Shown here: piece after piece, positions 44,113-53,975 of the stretch
Layout: the number at the start of each line of letters is the position of its first letter
Position numbering within the stretch: the stretch's first letter is position 1
Assembly: GCA_046314385.1 (NCBI GenBank)
Contig: JBKBWZ010000004.1
Span: 997 to 64,996, forward strand
Origin: Alphaproteobacteria bacterium
GTDB lineage: Bacteria > Pseudomonadota > Alphaproteobacteria > Micavibrionales > UBA2020
Reading direction: 5' to 3'
DNA length: 64,000 nt
The notes under the pieces: generated by a model
Told to the model about the DNA's origin: nothing
Databases searched by the model: none
What the model saw: only the letters and a program-made list of their open reading frames with translations
Translations under genes and position numbers: made by a program

Positions 44113-45353
44113 GGCGGATTGACCCCGAAGACGTCACGGCAGAGATCAACAGCGCTGAGAAGCCCGTCTTCGTGGAAGCCGTAGCGCATATAGGCGCCAC
44201 AAAAACAGACGTCGCGGCGGCCTTGTAATTCGTGCATACGCTTCTGCGCGCGGATTGCAGCAAGCGTAAAGACGGGGTGGCTGAAAACATGTTCATTCAA
44301 AACACTGCCTGCCGCCGGCGCGCGGCCGGGGTTAAGCGTGATGATCACCGGCTTTTCTGTTGGCAGATTTTGTAGGTTATTCATCCAGTAGCTGAGCGAC
44401 ACGACAGGCGCTTTGTCCTGCGCTTCTTCGGATAAATATACCCAGCTGGCCCAGGCACCGCGGCGGCGCGGCATAAAACTGACATCGTCATGCACCACAA
44501 CACGGTTTTCGTTATAGCGAAACGCACTGAGAATATCGTTTTCAAGCGGATCGGCATCGGCAAGCAGGGCCAGCGCTTCGTCGGCATGGCAGGCAAAAAC
44601 GGCGCGGTCAAAAATTTCGGTATGGCCCTGCGCATCGGTGACTTCTACCCCCCCGGCAATGCGGCGCACACGGGTGGCTCCTGTGCCGGTTTTAATTTTA
44701 TCTGCAAAACCGGCACTTAATTTGCGCACATATTCACGGCTGCCGCCCGTGACCGTATACCACTGCGGATGGTCGTTAACCGTCAAAAGCCCGTGATTTT
44801 TGAAAAAACGGATAAAGCTATGCGCCGGAAATTCCAAAATCGTCTCAACCGAGCAGCTCCAGATCGCTGCACCCATTGCCTGCAGGTAATAGCGGCGGAA
44901 CCAATCCCCCATACCCAGCTTGTCGAGACATTCGGCCAACGTCATTTCAGCCGGATGATCCAACATTTTTTCGGCAGCGCGGTTGAAGCGCAAGATGTCA
45001 AAAATCATCCGCCAAAAAGCGGGACGCAGCAGATTTTTTTTCTGGCTGAACATGCCCTTACTGCCATATTCCAGATCACCGCCGCGAATGCTGACACCAA
45101 AAGACATATCGCTTTTTTGCGTTTCAACACCCAGGTGGCGAAACATCGCTGTCAGATGCGGATAATTCCGTTCGTTGAAAACAATGAATCCCGTATCGAC
45201 GGGTATCTGACGGGCATCGATTTCTATGTTGATCGTGCGGCTATGGCCGCCGGTCCGCGTTTCTTTCTCATAGACCGTGATGTCGTGATGCGGCGCGAGC
45301 AGGTAAGCCGCGCCAAGTCCGGAAATGCCGGTGCCGATGATTGCGATACGCAT
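44103..45353 (-). CDS. FAD-dependent (amine oxidase-like) oxidoreductase
   Basis: MRIAIIGTGISGLGAAYLL..VYEKETRTGGHS is a dinucleotide-binding fold. Confidence 0.9.
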   Translation of the reverse strand: MRIAIIGTGISGLGAAYLLAPHHDITVYEKETRTGGHSRTINIEIDARQIPVDTGFIVFNERNYPHLTAMFRHLGVETQKSDMSFGVSIRGGDLEYGSKGMFSQKKNLLRPAFWRMIFDILRFNRAAEKMLDHPAEMTLAECLDKLGMGDWFRRYYLQAMGAAIWSCSVETILEFPAHSFIRFFKNHGLLTVNDHPQWYTVTGGSREYVRKLSAGFADKIKTGTGATRVRRIAGGVEVTDAQGHTEIFDRAVFACHADEALALLADADPLENDILSAFRYNENRVVVHDDVSFMPRRRGAWASWVYLSEEAQDKAPVVSLSYWMNNLQNLPTEKPVIITLNPGRAPAAGSVLNEHVFSHPVFTLAAIRAQKRMHELQGRRDVCFCGAYMRYGFHEDGLLSAVDLCRDVFGVNPPWL

Positions 45354-45445
45354 GTTTGAAGCCTATGTTGGCGGGGATGTATATTCTGTTGAATAAACTT
45401 AACGTATTTACAGTTACTTTTCTCTCTCCGCATTATTACAAAAAT

Positions 45446-46807
45446 TTAATCCGCGGGCGGATGGGGCGGAAAATCAATACGCACGCGCAAGCCCGGCGCC
45501 GCATCACCAAGCGTGATCTGTCCGCCGTGCTGCACGGCGATCGCCCCGACCAGACTGAGGCCGAGGCCATTTCCCGCCGTGTGGCGGCTGGCTTCGCCAC
45601 GGTAAAACCGCTGGAATACTTTTTCACGCTCCGGCGCCGGAATGCCGGGGCCGCCATCGGAAACTTCCAGCACCGCGCCGCCCGCTGCACTGCGCGCTGT
45701 ATGCACGTGTATCTTGCTACCCGGCGGGCTGAACTTTATCGCGTTATCGAGCAAATTGGCCAGCGCCTGAAACAAAAGATCACGGTCGCCATACATTTCC
45801 GCGGGGGTGATATCGGCGGTAATACGTATGTCTTTCTCTTCGGCCAGCGGTTCGTAAAGCTCGATCACATCAAAGGCCAGCCGGTGCAGGGGCAGACTGT
45901 CAAAGCTGCCGCGTTGGCGTCCCGTTTCGATACGGGCAATACGCAAGAGCGCATTAAACGTGCCCAGCAGGTGATCCGCCTCTGCCAGAAGCCCGTCACA
46001 AGCAGCGCCCAGATCTGCATCATTTTTAACCTGTGCCCGTTTGCGCAGGGCCTCAAGACTATTGCGCATACGCGTCAGCGGCGTGCGCAGGTCATGCGCG
46101 ATATTGTCCGATACGCGCTGCACGCCGCCCAGCAAGTCTTCCAGCCGCGCCAGAAACGCGTTCAACACCCGCGACATATTACTGAGATCGTCCCAGCGCG
46201 AGTCAATCACGATGCGCTGTGACAGATTACCGGTGTCCATGATCTGTTTGGCGGTGCGGGCGATGCGATTGGTGCGGCTGACAACAAAGGTACTGATCAT
46301 AAAACTAGTCAGGATCACAAGCATCATCAGAAAGATGCCCACAGCGCTGAGCCATTGCATACGCGAAAGGCTGGCGGCGGTCGCAGTAATATCGACGGCC
46401 ACCAGCAAATAACGGCCATCGGGCAGGGTGTGAATTTTGGCGGCATAGCGTGCGCCGCTGTCTGTGGCAAAGACAACAGTTCCTTCGGCCAGAAGCGAGA
46501 CACTGTCCGGCAGCACAGGCATATTGCCCGCAATGCGCGCGCCCTGCCTGTCTGTGAGGAGATAAAGCCGCGCGCCGCGCGCAGGTGCGGCATTGATGCG
46601 CGCGGCAAGATCCGGCATCTCGCCGAGATAGCGGATTTCGGTATCAATCATCTCTTCGGTGCCATGAATAAGATAGCCGCGGCTGAAGTAATAGCCGAAA
46701 TAGCCCATAACCAGCACGCCCAGCCCCAGCAGCACGGTAAACAGCAGCGCCATTTTGAAGCTGGAGCTATGATAATAGCGTCTATTCGATGATATATCCT
46801 GCGCCAC
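45446..46807 (-). CDS. Sensor histidine kinase (HAMP-HisKA-HATPase)
   Basis: The H-box is SDNIAHDLRTPLT. The N and G boxes are LLDNAIKFS and DGGPGIP..GNGLGLS. The start is uncertain: GTG 46807, ATG 46753 or ATG 46876. Confidence 0.85.
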   Translation of the reverse strand: MAQDISSNRRYYHSSSFKMALLFTVLLGLGVLVMGYFGYYFSRGYLIHGTEEMIDTEIRYLGEMPDLAARINAAPARGARLYLLTDRQGARIAGNMPVLPDSVSLLAEGTVVFATDSGARYAAKIHTLPDGRYLLVAVDITATAASLSRMQWLSAVGIFLMMLVILTSFMISTFVVSRTNRIARTAKQIMDTGNLSQRIVIDSRWDDLSNMSRVLNAFLARLEDLLGGVQRVSDNIAHDLRTPLTRMRNSLEALRKRAQVKNDADLGAACDGLLAEADHLLGTFNALLRIARIETGRQRGSFDSLPLHRLAFDVIELYEPLAEEKDIRITADITPAEMYGDRDLLFQALANLLDNAIKFSPPGSKIHVHTARSAAGGAVLEVSDGGPGIPAPEREKVFQRFYRGEASRHTAGNGLGLSLVGAIAVQHGGQITLGDAAPGLRVRIDFPPHPPAD

Positions 46808-47453
46808 GCACTGTCCTGATAAGCTGTTTCTTTGAATCGCGGCTGATCTTGCCGCGCAGGCGGCTGATATGCACATCGATCACGTTGGTCTGGGGGTCAA
46901 AATGGTAATCCCATACATTCTCAAGCAGCATGGTCCGCGTCACCACCTGTCCTTTGTGACGCAGCAGATATTCCAGCAAGCGGAATTCACGCGCCTGAAT
47001 ATCGACAACCTGCCCCGCATAAACAACCTTACGCGCCAAAAGATCCATTTCAAGATCACCCGCGCGCAAAACCGTTTCTTGCAAGGCGTCACCCTGTGCG
47101 CGGCGCTGCAAAACCTCCAGCCGCGCCAAAAGTTCGGCAAAGGCAAACGGCTTGACCAGATAATCATCGCCGCCCGCCCGCAACCCTTTGACACGGTCAT
47201 CGACTTCGCCAAGCGCGCTGAGGATAAGCACAGGTACGGTATTGCCCGCACCGCGCAGGGTTTTGATGATGGTCAGCCCCTCCAGCTCCGGCAGCATCCG
47301 GTCAACAACCAAGACATCGTATTTTTCGGTGGTGGCCAGAAACAAGCCGTCTTTTCCGTTCGCGGCCGTATCGACGGTATGTCCGTTTTCTTCAAGCCCG
47401 CCGCGAATATAGGCGGCGACATCTTTGTCGTCTTCGATCACAAGTATGCGCAT
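46782..47453 (-). CDS. OmpR-family response regulator
   Basis: MRILVIEDD..DVLVVDRMLP..LVKPF, plus the C-terminal wHTH RTVRGAGYII. Confidence 0.9.
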   Translation of the reverse strand: MRILVIEDDKDVAAYIRGGLEENGHTVDTAANGKDGLFLATTEKYDVLVVDRMLPELEGLTIIKTLRGAGNTVPVLILSALGEVDDRVKGLRAGGDDYLVKPFAFAELLARLEVLQRRAQGDALQETVLRAGDLEMDLLARKVVYAGQVVDIQAREFRLLEYLLRHKGQVVTRTMLLENVWDYHFDPQTNVIDVHISRLRGKISRDSKKQLIRTVRGAGYIIE

Positions 47454-47489
47454 GGAGGATATGCTTCCGACGTTTAAACCTGCCCCATC

Positions 47490-48497
47490 CTAGGCGCAGG
47501 GCAGGCTTTTGTCAAAAGCGCGGCGAAAAACGCCTTGCTGGAAAAACGTCTCGCCCAGATAGGGGTGGCGTATCGACAGGCGAAAGGTAAAACTGCCGTC
47601 GCCGTGGTCCAGATGCGCCACATGCGTCACGCCCGGCGTCAACAGATGCGGCAGCGGTACCCGTGCCCCCAAAAGACTGAAAAAATAACGATAGCTTTGG
47701 AAATAAAGCTGGCCGTCTGCGGTAAAGACACGCAATTTCATGCCAAAGCCGCCACCGACAACTTCCAGCATCTCGCCTTCGGCGCTTTCGCGCTTGACGG
47801 ACGAAACCACGACCGGCGCGCGGCCGGGATATTGGTACAGTCTTTCCCAGCAAACGCCCTCGTCTTTGGCGTAAAGACGCACCTGCATCGGTACGTCTTC
47901 GCCGGCGTAAGGGGTCAGCGGGTTGCCGATCACCCGTGTCAGCTGCGCAAAAAGCCAGCCCATGCGGCTGCGGCGAATGGTTTGCATGATACCGTCATAG
48001 ACAAATACCTCGCCTGTCTGCGGCTCGCGCCCGAAACGCTGCTGGATACCGGGGCGCAGCCGCGCCCATGCCGCCCCCAGCTGATGCTTGAGCGCGTTTT
48101 CAGGCTTCAGGTTATTGATACGCGGAATGTGCAGAAGACGCAGAATGGCGCAGCGAATGGCTTTTCCAAGCGGATACATCGCCCTTGCGATGCGGCGGGT
48201 CGGGAAGAAAATGCGGTCAATCCACCCTGTTACCCCGGCGCGGCGGGTATAGGCGGTCAGACGCCAGGCGGCTTCGCTGCCGTAGAAAACATCATCGCCG
48301 ACTTTCAACACCATGCCTTCGTCGATATCGAGACCGCGGTCGGTCAGCTCCGGCATCAGACAATCATCGGTGCGGGCATTGACGAGAGCGATCTCCGTCC
48401 TATCATCACGTGGAGAGAGGCGGGTGCAATATCCGCGGCAAACAGGGCAATCATGGTCGTATACCAGAAAAACCTTTTGTTTTTGAACTGCTTGCAT
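47490..48497 (-). CDS. DCC-type thiol-disulfide oxidoreductase domain fused to DUF4166
   Basis: The N-terminus VFLVYDHDCPVCRGY is the DCC/DUF393 motif. The C-terminal ~200 aa is DUF4166-like. Confidence 0.7.
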   Translation of the reverse strand: MQAVQKQKVFLVYDHDCPVCRGYCTRLSPRDDRTEIALVNARTDDCLMPELTDRGLDIDEGMVLKVGDDVFYGSEAAWRLTAYTRRAGVTGWIDRIFFPTRRIARAMYPLGKAIRCAILRLLHIPRINNLKPENALKHQLGAAWARLRPGIQQRFGREPQTGEVFVYDGIMQTIRRSRMGWLFAQLTRVIGNPLTPYAGEDVPMQVRLYAKDEGVCWERLYQYPGRAPVVVSSVKRESAEGEMLEVVGGGFGMKLRVFTADGQLYFQSYRYFFSLLGARVPLPHLLTPGVTHVAHLDHGDGSFTFRLSIRHPYLGETFFQQGVFRRAFDKSLPCA

Positions 48498-48638
48498 GTC
48501 GCCCCCTTGCCGTGGACGGCTTTGGGTGATATATTTAACTAAGTAGCTAAATAAAGTTTCTCATATCTCGGCCGCCGCCGTCAATTGCAAAGCATTGCCA
48601 CCGGCGCGCCGACGAAAAAAGGACAGAAAAGAACCGCC

Positions 48639-48977
48639 ATGCTGACCGGAAAGATATTTGACGCCCTCTCCTCCCCCGTCAGACGCAAGATTCTGGCCTA
48701 TCTTTCTGCGGCCACGCTGACCGCGGGGGAGATTGCAGAGAGATTCGACATTTCCAAGCCGGCCCTGTCCAAACATCTCGGCGTCCTCGAAAACGCAGGG
48801 CTGGTGCGCGCGGAAAAGAAAGGCCAGTTTGTCCATTATTCTTTGGTGCGCGACAATCTGGTCAATACACTGAACGGCTTTGTGCAGGAAGTCTGCCCCG
48901 TTGCCCGCCCCTTGAAAAACGAAAGCCGTGCCCTAGCTGACAAAAAGAAAGGGGCCAGAAAAAAAAGCCCCGCCTAA
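48639..48977 (+). CDS. ArsR/SmtB-family transcriptional regulator
   Basis: FDALSSPVRRKILAYLS...TAGEIAERFDISKPALSKHLGVLENAGLV. The start is placed at MLTGKIF. Confidence 0.85.
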   Translation: MLTGKIFDALSSPVRRKILAYLSAATLTAGEIAERFDISKPALSKHLGVLENAGLVRAEKKGQFVHYSLVRDNLVNTLNGFVQEVCPVARPLKNESRALADKKKGARKKSPA

Positions 48978-49010
48978 ATCCGCGCCTGAAATAAAAGTGA
49001 GATCAAAACA

Positions 49011-49616
49011 ATGTCACGCTTTATCGCCCTTGGCCTTGCCGCCGCGCTTTTTGCTGCCGTCCCCCTCTCCGCCCATGCCGAACAAACAGCGGCGCCCGCC
49101 GCAGCGGCCCCTGCCGCGCCCGGCGCCTTTGGCTTTGACTTCTTTGCGATTGACGGCACCGAAATGCCGCTGTCGGCCTATCAGGGCAAAGTGCTGCTGA
49201 TCGTCAATACCGCGACGGGATGCGGATTTGCGGGGCATTTCCGTGATCTGCAAAAACTACACGATACCTATGGCGCAGACGGTCTTGTCGTGATCGGCGT
49301 GCCGTCGAATGATTTTGGCGGGCAGGAACCGCTGGACGGCGATGCGCTCAAAAAAGCCGTCACCGACAGCTATGGCGTCACCTTTCCCCTGACACAAAAA
49401 ATTGCTGTCAGCGGCGGTGCGGCGCATCCGTTTTATGTCTGGGCGGGAAAACAAAATGTGGGCGGGCTGCTGTCTTCCAAACCGCGGTGGAACTTTCACA
49501 AATACCTGATCGGCCGTGATGGCCGCGTGCTGGCATCCGCAGGCCCCACCACGGGGCCGCTGGCCGGCGGCTTTGTGGAGTCTATCAAAACCGCACTGGC
49601 TCAAAAAGTCGATTAA
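49011..49616 (+). CDS. Glutathione peroxidase with a signal peptide
   Basis: LLIVNTATGCGFAG...VIGVPSNDFGGQEP...WNFHKYLIGRDG. Confidence 0.9.
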   Translation: MSRFIALGLAAALFAAVPLSAHAEQTAAPAAAAPAAPGAFGFDFFAIDGTEMPLSAYQGKVLLIVNTATGCGFAGHFRDLQKLHDTYGADGLVVIGVPSNDFGGQEPLDGDALKKAVTDSYGVTFPLTQKIAVSGGAAHPFYVWAGKQNVGGLLSSKPRWNFHKYLIGRDGRVLASAGPTTGPLAGGFVESIKTALAQKVD

Positions 49617-49637
49617 AATCAATACATTGATACCCAT

Positions 49638-49670
49638 GCGTCTTTATTGACATAAAGATGCGAGTTCTTT
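49638..49670 (+). terminator. Possible intrinsic terminator after the glutathione peroxidase gene
   Basis: GCGTCTTTAT-TGAC-ATAAAGATGC is a 10-bp stem with one G-U pair, followed by GAGTTCTTT. Confidence 0.45.
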
Positions 49671-49716
49671 ATGCTGGCGGCATTGATTCACCCTGACCGA
49701 CAGCAGAAGGACGCCG

Positions 49717-50874
49717 ATGGCCCGCCCGCCCAAACCGATGCCTGCCTATGCCGATGCGCTGACCGATAGCGTCGCGCGCGGTGATCTGGCGGGTGCACGG
49801 GCGCATTTCGACAAAGTGCTCTGGGGCGACAGCGAGCAGCGCGCGACATGGGATCAACTGCAAATCGCCGTCCAGCGCAGCGATGTGCCCATGGCACGCC
49901 TGCTGGTGACATGGGGCGCACGCGCGACCGAGGCCGATCTGGCGGCGCTCAAAAAAGTATCTCCTGCAAAATACCCCGAATATCTTCAGACCCTGCGCCG
50001 TGCCGGTCACGGCATTTCACCCAAGGCGCTGCGAGAAAGCGTCGCCGAAGCCGCCGCCCTGCCCGATAGCGCCACAAACCTGAGCCTTGAGAAAACCGTT
50101 ATCAAAGCCTTCATCGATGACGGTTTTATCGATTACCGCTCTGCCTTGCTGCCCAAAGAATGGCGTCAAATACTGCATACCATGCAACAGACGGGCGCGC
50201 CCGAAGCCCTGATCGGCGGCGGCGCGCTGCGCGACCTTTTCAACAAACGCGCCATCAAGGATGTCGATATTTTTCTGCAATCCCGCGGCAACGAAAACAA
50301 AAACCGCAAATTCATCAGACAGGCCTTCCAAAAGGCCGGCGTAAACATCGAAAAACAGGTTGTGGCCCGCGGTATGTATGGCGGCGATGTACGCGAAGAA
50401 CTGCCCGATCCTAAAAAATCTGTATTTCAGCAACATCTGGGCAGCGGGTATCGCACCATACGCGTTGCCAGCAACAGCGAAGCCTGGACGGTCATCGCGG
50501 GCAAAGAAAAAACCGAATACAATATTGTCTTCATCGATGGCCCGCTCGGCAAGATGCTGAAAGCCGCGGTGGAAAAGCCGGGCGGATCCAGCGCAGCCGT
50601 CATGATCAAGGCTTTTGATCTCGGGCTTTGCCAGATCGGCTTTGATGGCGCGCATATAGTGACCACCGAAGCCTATCAGGAAGACGTCCGCGGAAAGAAA
50701 ATCACGCTGCATGTCGATAACGGCACATCACAGCAACATATCGCGCGCGTGGTCAAAAAATATCCTGACTGGGCCTTATCGCCGGAAGCCCAAAAGGCCC
50801 TGACCCCGCCGCCCGCACCAAAGCCAAAACCCCGCCGCAGCTATAGCGGTTATGGCGGCTGGTCGTCTTATTAA
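49717..50874 (+). CDS. Hypothetical protein: ankyrin-like N-terminus plus a Pol-beta/CCA-adding-type nucleotidyltransferase-like core
   Basis: LIGGGALRDLFNKRAIKDVDIFL resembles the GGxVRDxLLG..DxD head motif of poly(A) polymerase/CCA-adding enzymes. There is a Pro/Lys-rich tail. Confidence 0.55.
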   Translation: MARPPKPMPAYADALTDSVARGDLAGARAHFDKVLWGDSEQRATWDQLQIAVQRSDVPMARLLVTWGARATEADLAALKKVSPAKYPEYLQTLRRAGHGISPKALRESVAEAAALPDSATNLSLEKTVIKAFIDDGFIDYRSALLPKEWRQILHTMQQTGAPEALIGGGALRDLFNKRAIKDVDIFLQSRGNENKNRKFIRQAFQKAGVNIEKQVVARGMYGGDVREELPDPKKSVFQQHLGSGYRTIRVASNSEAWTVIAGKEKTEYNIVFIDGPLGKMLKAAVEKPGGSSAAVMIKAFDLGLCQIGFDGAHIVTTEAYQEDVRGKKITLHVDNGTSQQHIARVVKKYPDWALSPEAQKALTPPPAPKPKPRRSYSGYGGWSSY

Positions 50875-50879
50875 GACCC

Positions 50880-51377
50880 TCAATAATCAATTGTGATGTT
50901 TTCGGCGTCGAGAAAAATCTCGTCGCAGTTCTTTTCGCTGCCGCCGCGGTCGATGACCAGAAAATCGGATGGCGCTTCAAGCGCGAGAGAAAAATGGTGC
51001 CAGACCCCCGCGTGATAATTAACCCCCTGACGGGGTGCGGCGACAAAGGCACGCAGGTTTTCGACTTTGAAATCCCCTCTCTCTGCCACCACCACCAGAT
51101 ACGGCCTGTCATCAAGCGGGAAAAACGCCTGTGACGACAGCGGATGACGCTCCATCACCTTCACGCTTATGGGCCGCGGTAGCGGCGCGGAGCGAAAGAG
51201 GCTGACCAGCGGCACGCCGCCCGCCGCCGCCAGATCGAGGCGGGCGAGGTCGTGAAACCGCTCGGTATAGCCGTAGTTGATATTGCGCAGCTCCCGCGCC
51301 GAAGCATCGGCCATCACATCGCCATAAGGCGCAAAGGCCGCGGCCGTCAAAGGCACAGGTTTCAGAACAACCGTCAT
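50880..51377 (-). CDS. allA: Ureidoglycolate lyase
   Basis: LTAAAFAPYGDV..NYGYTERFHDLA. The size is ~165 aa and the context is the purine-catabolism operon. Confidence 0.85.
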   Translation of the reverse strand: MTVVLKPVPLTAAAFAPYGDVMADASARELRNINYGYTERFHDLARLDLAAAGGVPLVSLFRSAPLPRPISVKVMERHPLSSQAFFPLDDRPYLVVVAERGDFKVENLRAFVAAPRQGVNYHAGVWHHFSLALEAPSDFLVIDRGGSEKNCDEIFLDAENITIDY

Positions 51378-52378
51378 CCGCCGAGCGTACCGAAAAGCCG
51401 CAGGCGGCTGATGCCGCCATCGGGGATCATATTCACGCGCACATGGGTCACCACACCGATTTTTTCAATCTCTTTGGTATATTTATGCACGTGATGCGCC
51501 TGCATCTTGTTTTCTTTGAGCAGATACGGCCAATAAATTGCCTGCGCCGCAATCGTGTCTTCGTGAAAGGCGGTCAGATTAAAGGCCTGTATTGAACACG
51601 CATCCGGATAATTGCCCTTGTGAAAGGCGGTATCAATATGAATTTCCTTGATGATGCCGGCGTGCCCCAGTTCGAAAATCGCCCAGTCAAAACCGGGTTC
51701 GCGGCGGCGGCGCGTTTCCCAGGCATCGCCCATGTTGATACCCTTGCCCGGTTTGGTGACATTGACGGGTGACCCGTAATGCGCATCGGTCATCGACAGG
51801 CAGCGCCCGCCGTTTTCCATCGCCAGCAAATCGACGGTATCGTTTTTTTTGACTTTCGACCAATCTTTGAACACGCGGCCAAAGACGCGCAGCCGTGCCA
51901 CACCGCCGTCAGGATAAATATTCAGGCGCAGATGCGTCCATGCGCCCGTATCGCAGACGGGCAAAAAATTCGGGCTGTGGCCGACAAGCTTTGTCACAGG
52001 CAAAATTGTGTACCATTTTGCATTTTTATCCGGCATGGCCTTGTCCGATACGCAGGCATCGATGGATGCAGCCGGTGCGTAATTTCCGGTGAAATGCCGC
52101 GTATCGATATTCACGCCCGAAATAACGCCTTTTGCACCCAGCTTGACGATACAGTGATCATAGCCGGAGCCGCGTTTGCGGCGGCTTTCCCAGCCGTCCA
52201 TCCATTTGCCATGATCGTCATACAGATCGGGGATAAAGACCGGTTCTTCCGGCTTGATCAGGCGGGATTTATCGGCAAAAAAATCGTCGGTTGCAAAAAC
52301 AACCTCGGCACCGAGAGCAGGATGGGCAAGATCGATGCCGCTGCGGGCAAAATCGGGAAGAGCCACGGATTGTGACAT
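51374..52378 (-). CDS. alc: Allantoicase
   Basis: Two internal allantoicase repeats are present: FFADK..WMDGWESRRKR and GDAWETRRRREPG. Confidence 0.9.
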   Translation of the reverse strand: MSQSVALPDFARSGIDLAHPALGAEVVFATDDFFADKSRLIKPEEPVFIPDLYDDHGKWMDGWESRRKRGSGYDHCIVKLGAKGVISGVNIDTRHFTGNYAPAASIDACVSDKAMPDKNAKWYTILPVTKLVGHSPNFLPVCDTGAWTHLRLNIYPDGGVARLRVFGRVFKDWSKVKKNDTVDLLAMENGGRCLSMTDAHYGSPVNVTKPGKGINMGDAWETRRRREPGFDWAIFELGHAGIIKEIHIDTAFHKGNYPDACSIQAFNLTAFHEDTIAAQAIYWPYLLKENKMQAHHVHKYTKEIEKIGVVTHVRVNMIPDGGISRLRLFGTLGG

Positions 52379-52405
52379 GATGGGCTATTGCTCCTTAAAG
52401 ATAGG

Positions 52406-52918
52406 TCAGGTGAGTTTTTCGAGGCGGAAACGCGCAATTTTGTGAATCTGCTGAAGCGCGTTCTGGAATTCCGTTTCAGGGTCGTTTTGCAGCCGCTGTT
52501 TAAAGACATTCAGAATCTCTCCGCGTGTCATGCCTTTGACGGCAACGATAAAGGGAAAGCCGAATTTTTCGCGGTATTCATGGTTAAGCCGCGTGAAAGC
52601 GGCCAGCTCTTCGGTGCTGCACTGGTCAAGACCGGCGGCAGATTGCTCCGCTATCGATGAAGATGCCATATCCGGTGTTTTGGCCGCCAGTTCGGGGTGG
52701 GCGCGTATCAACGACAGCTGCATGCCACGGTCAGCCATATCGACGGCCATCCGCATCGCGGCATAGAGCGTCCAGACCGTGTCAATATTGCCGGTGTCCT
52801 TGTCGTCATAGACAGCTTCGGCCACCCAGCGCGAATGTTCGTATACACTGGCATAGACTCTTAGGAAATTTTCACGTGACATCGAACTTGGTTTTTCAGC
52901 CAGCATTTTGTCTTCCAT
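52406..52918 (-). CDS. uraD: OHCU decarboxylase
   Basis: VYEHSRWVAE...LIRAHPELA...EYREKFGFPFIVAVKG. Confidence 0.85.
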   Translation of the reverse strand: MEDKMLAEKPSSMSRENFLRVYASVYEHSRWVAEAVYDDKDTGNIDTVWTLYAAMRMAVDMADRGMQLSLIRAHPELAAKTPDMASSSIAEQSAAGLDQCSTEELAAFTRLNHEYREKFGFPFIVAVKGMTRGEILNVFKQRLQNDPETEFQNALQQIHKIARFRLEKLT

Positions 52919-53853
52919 CAGACGCCTCCCTTATACGGATGGTGCGCGTGCCAATGCCGCGCGATATCGATGCGGCGGCAGATCCATACATCTTTATGGC
53001 CGCGCACATATTCAAAAAACTTTCTCAGCCCCGAAATACGGCCCGGCCGGCCGATCAAACGGCAATGCAGGCCCACCGACATCATTTTAGGCGCTGTCGC
53101 GCCTTCGGCATAAAGCGTGTCAAAGGCGTCCTTTAAATACGAAAAAAACTGCTCGCCGGTGTGAAACCCTTGTGCGGTGGCAAAGCGCATATCATTGGCA
53201 TCGAGCGTATAGGGAATAACCAGCTGCGGCCGTCCGCCCAGCACCGACCAGAAGGGCAGGTCATCGCTATAGTCATCCGCATCATATAAAAAACCGCCTT
53301 CTTCGGCGACCAGCTGCCGCGTGTTGGGGCTGGTGCGTCCGGTATACCAGCCGAGCGGACGGCTGCCCGAAAGCTTTTCAATCACATCGATCGCGCGTTT
53401 CATATGCGCGCGCTCGGTATCGATATCGACGTTTTGATAGTTGATCCATCTATAGCCGTGCGAACAGATTTCGTGCCCCGCATCGACAAAGACTTTTGCC
53501 ATTTCAGGATACTTTTCAAGCGCGGCAGCAACCGCGAAGACCGTGACCGGAACATCGAATTCTTTGAACAGCGAGAGCAAGCGCCACACGCCCGCACGGC
53601 TGCCGTATTCGTAAATCGATTCCATGCTCATATGCCGCGCCGAAGGCACCGCGGGGGCATTGATAATTTCGGAGAGGAAGGTTTCCGCACCGGCATCGCC
53701 GTTGAGCACGCAGTTCTCGCCGCCCTCTTCGTAGTTCAGCACCACCTGCAGCGCGACGCGCGCATTGTCCGGCCAGTGCGGATGCGGCGGCGTGGCGCCA
53801 TATCCTTTGTAGTCGCGTGTATCTTTGAATGTCGCGTCCGGCGGCGTGGTCAT
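52918..53853 (-). CDS. puuE: Allantoinase PuuE (polysaccharide deacetylase family)
   Basis: YGSRAGVWRLLSLFKEFDVPVTVFAVAAALE..ICSHGYRW. Confidence 0.9.
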   Translation of the reverse strand: MTTPPDATFKDTRDYKGYGATPPHPHWPDNARVALQVVLNYEEGGENCVLNGDAGAETFLSEIINAPAVPSARHMSMESIYEYGSRAGVWRLLSLFKEFDVPVTVFAVAAALEKYPEMAKVFVDAGHEICSHGYRWINYQNVDIDTERAHMKRAIDVIEKLSGSRPLGWYTGRTSPNTRQLVAEEGGFLYDADDYSDDLPFWSVLGGRPQLVIPYTLDANDMRFATAQGFHTGEQFFSYLKDAFDTLYAEGATAPKMMSVGLHCRLIGRPGRISGLRKFFEYVRGHKDVWICRRIDIARHWHAHHPYKGGV

Positions 53854-53975
53854 GGGCCGATCCCTTTATAATCCCGCCTTAAATAAGGGCATATTTCGGG
53901 GCTTTTTTCTATGCGAATATCAGCCATAATGGTATTGAACCATTATATCACAGACGCATTTTACATAGGTGAATC

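Noticed and set aside
47535-48542. 335-aa plus-strand ORF
   Set aside because: It is a mirror image of the DCC/DUF4166 gene on the minus strand. It has no motifs and an Ala/Arg/Gln-rich composition.
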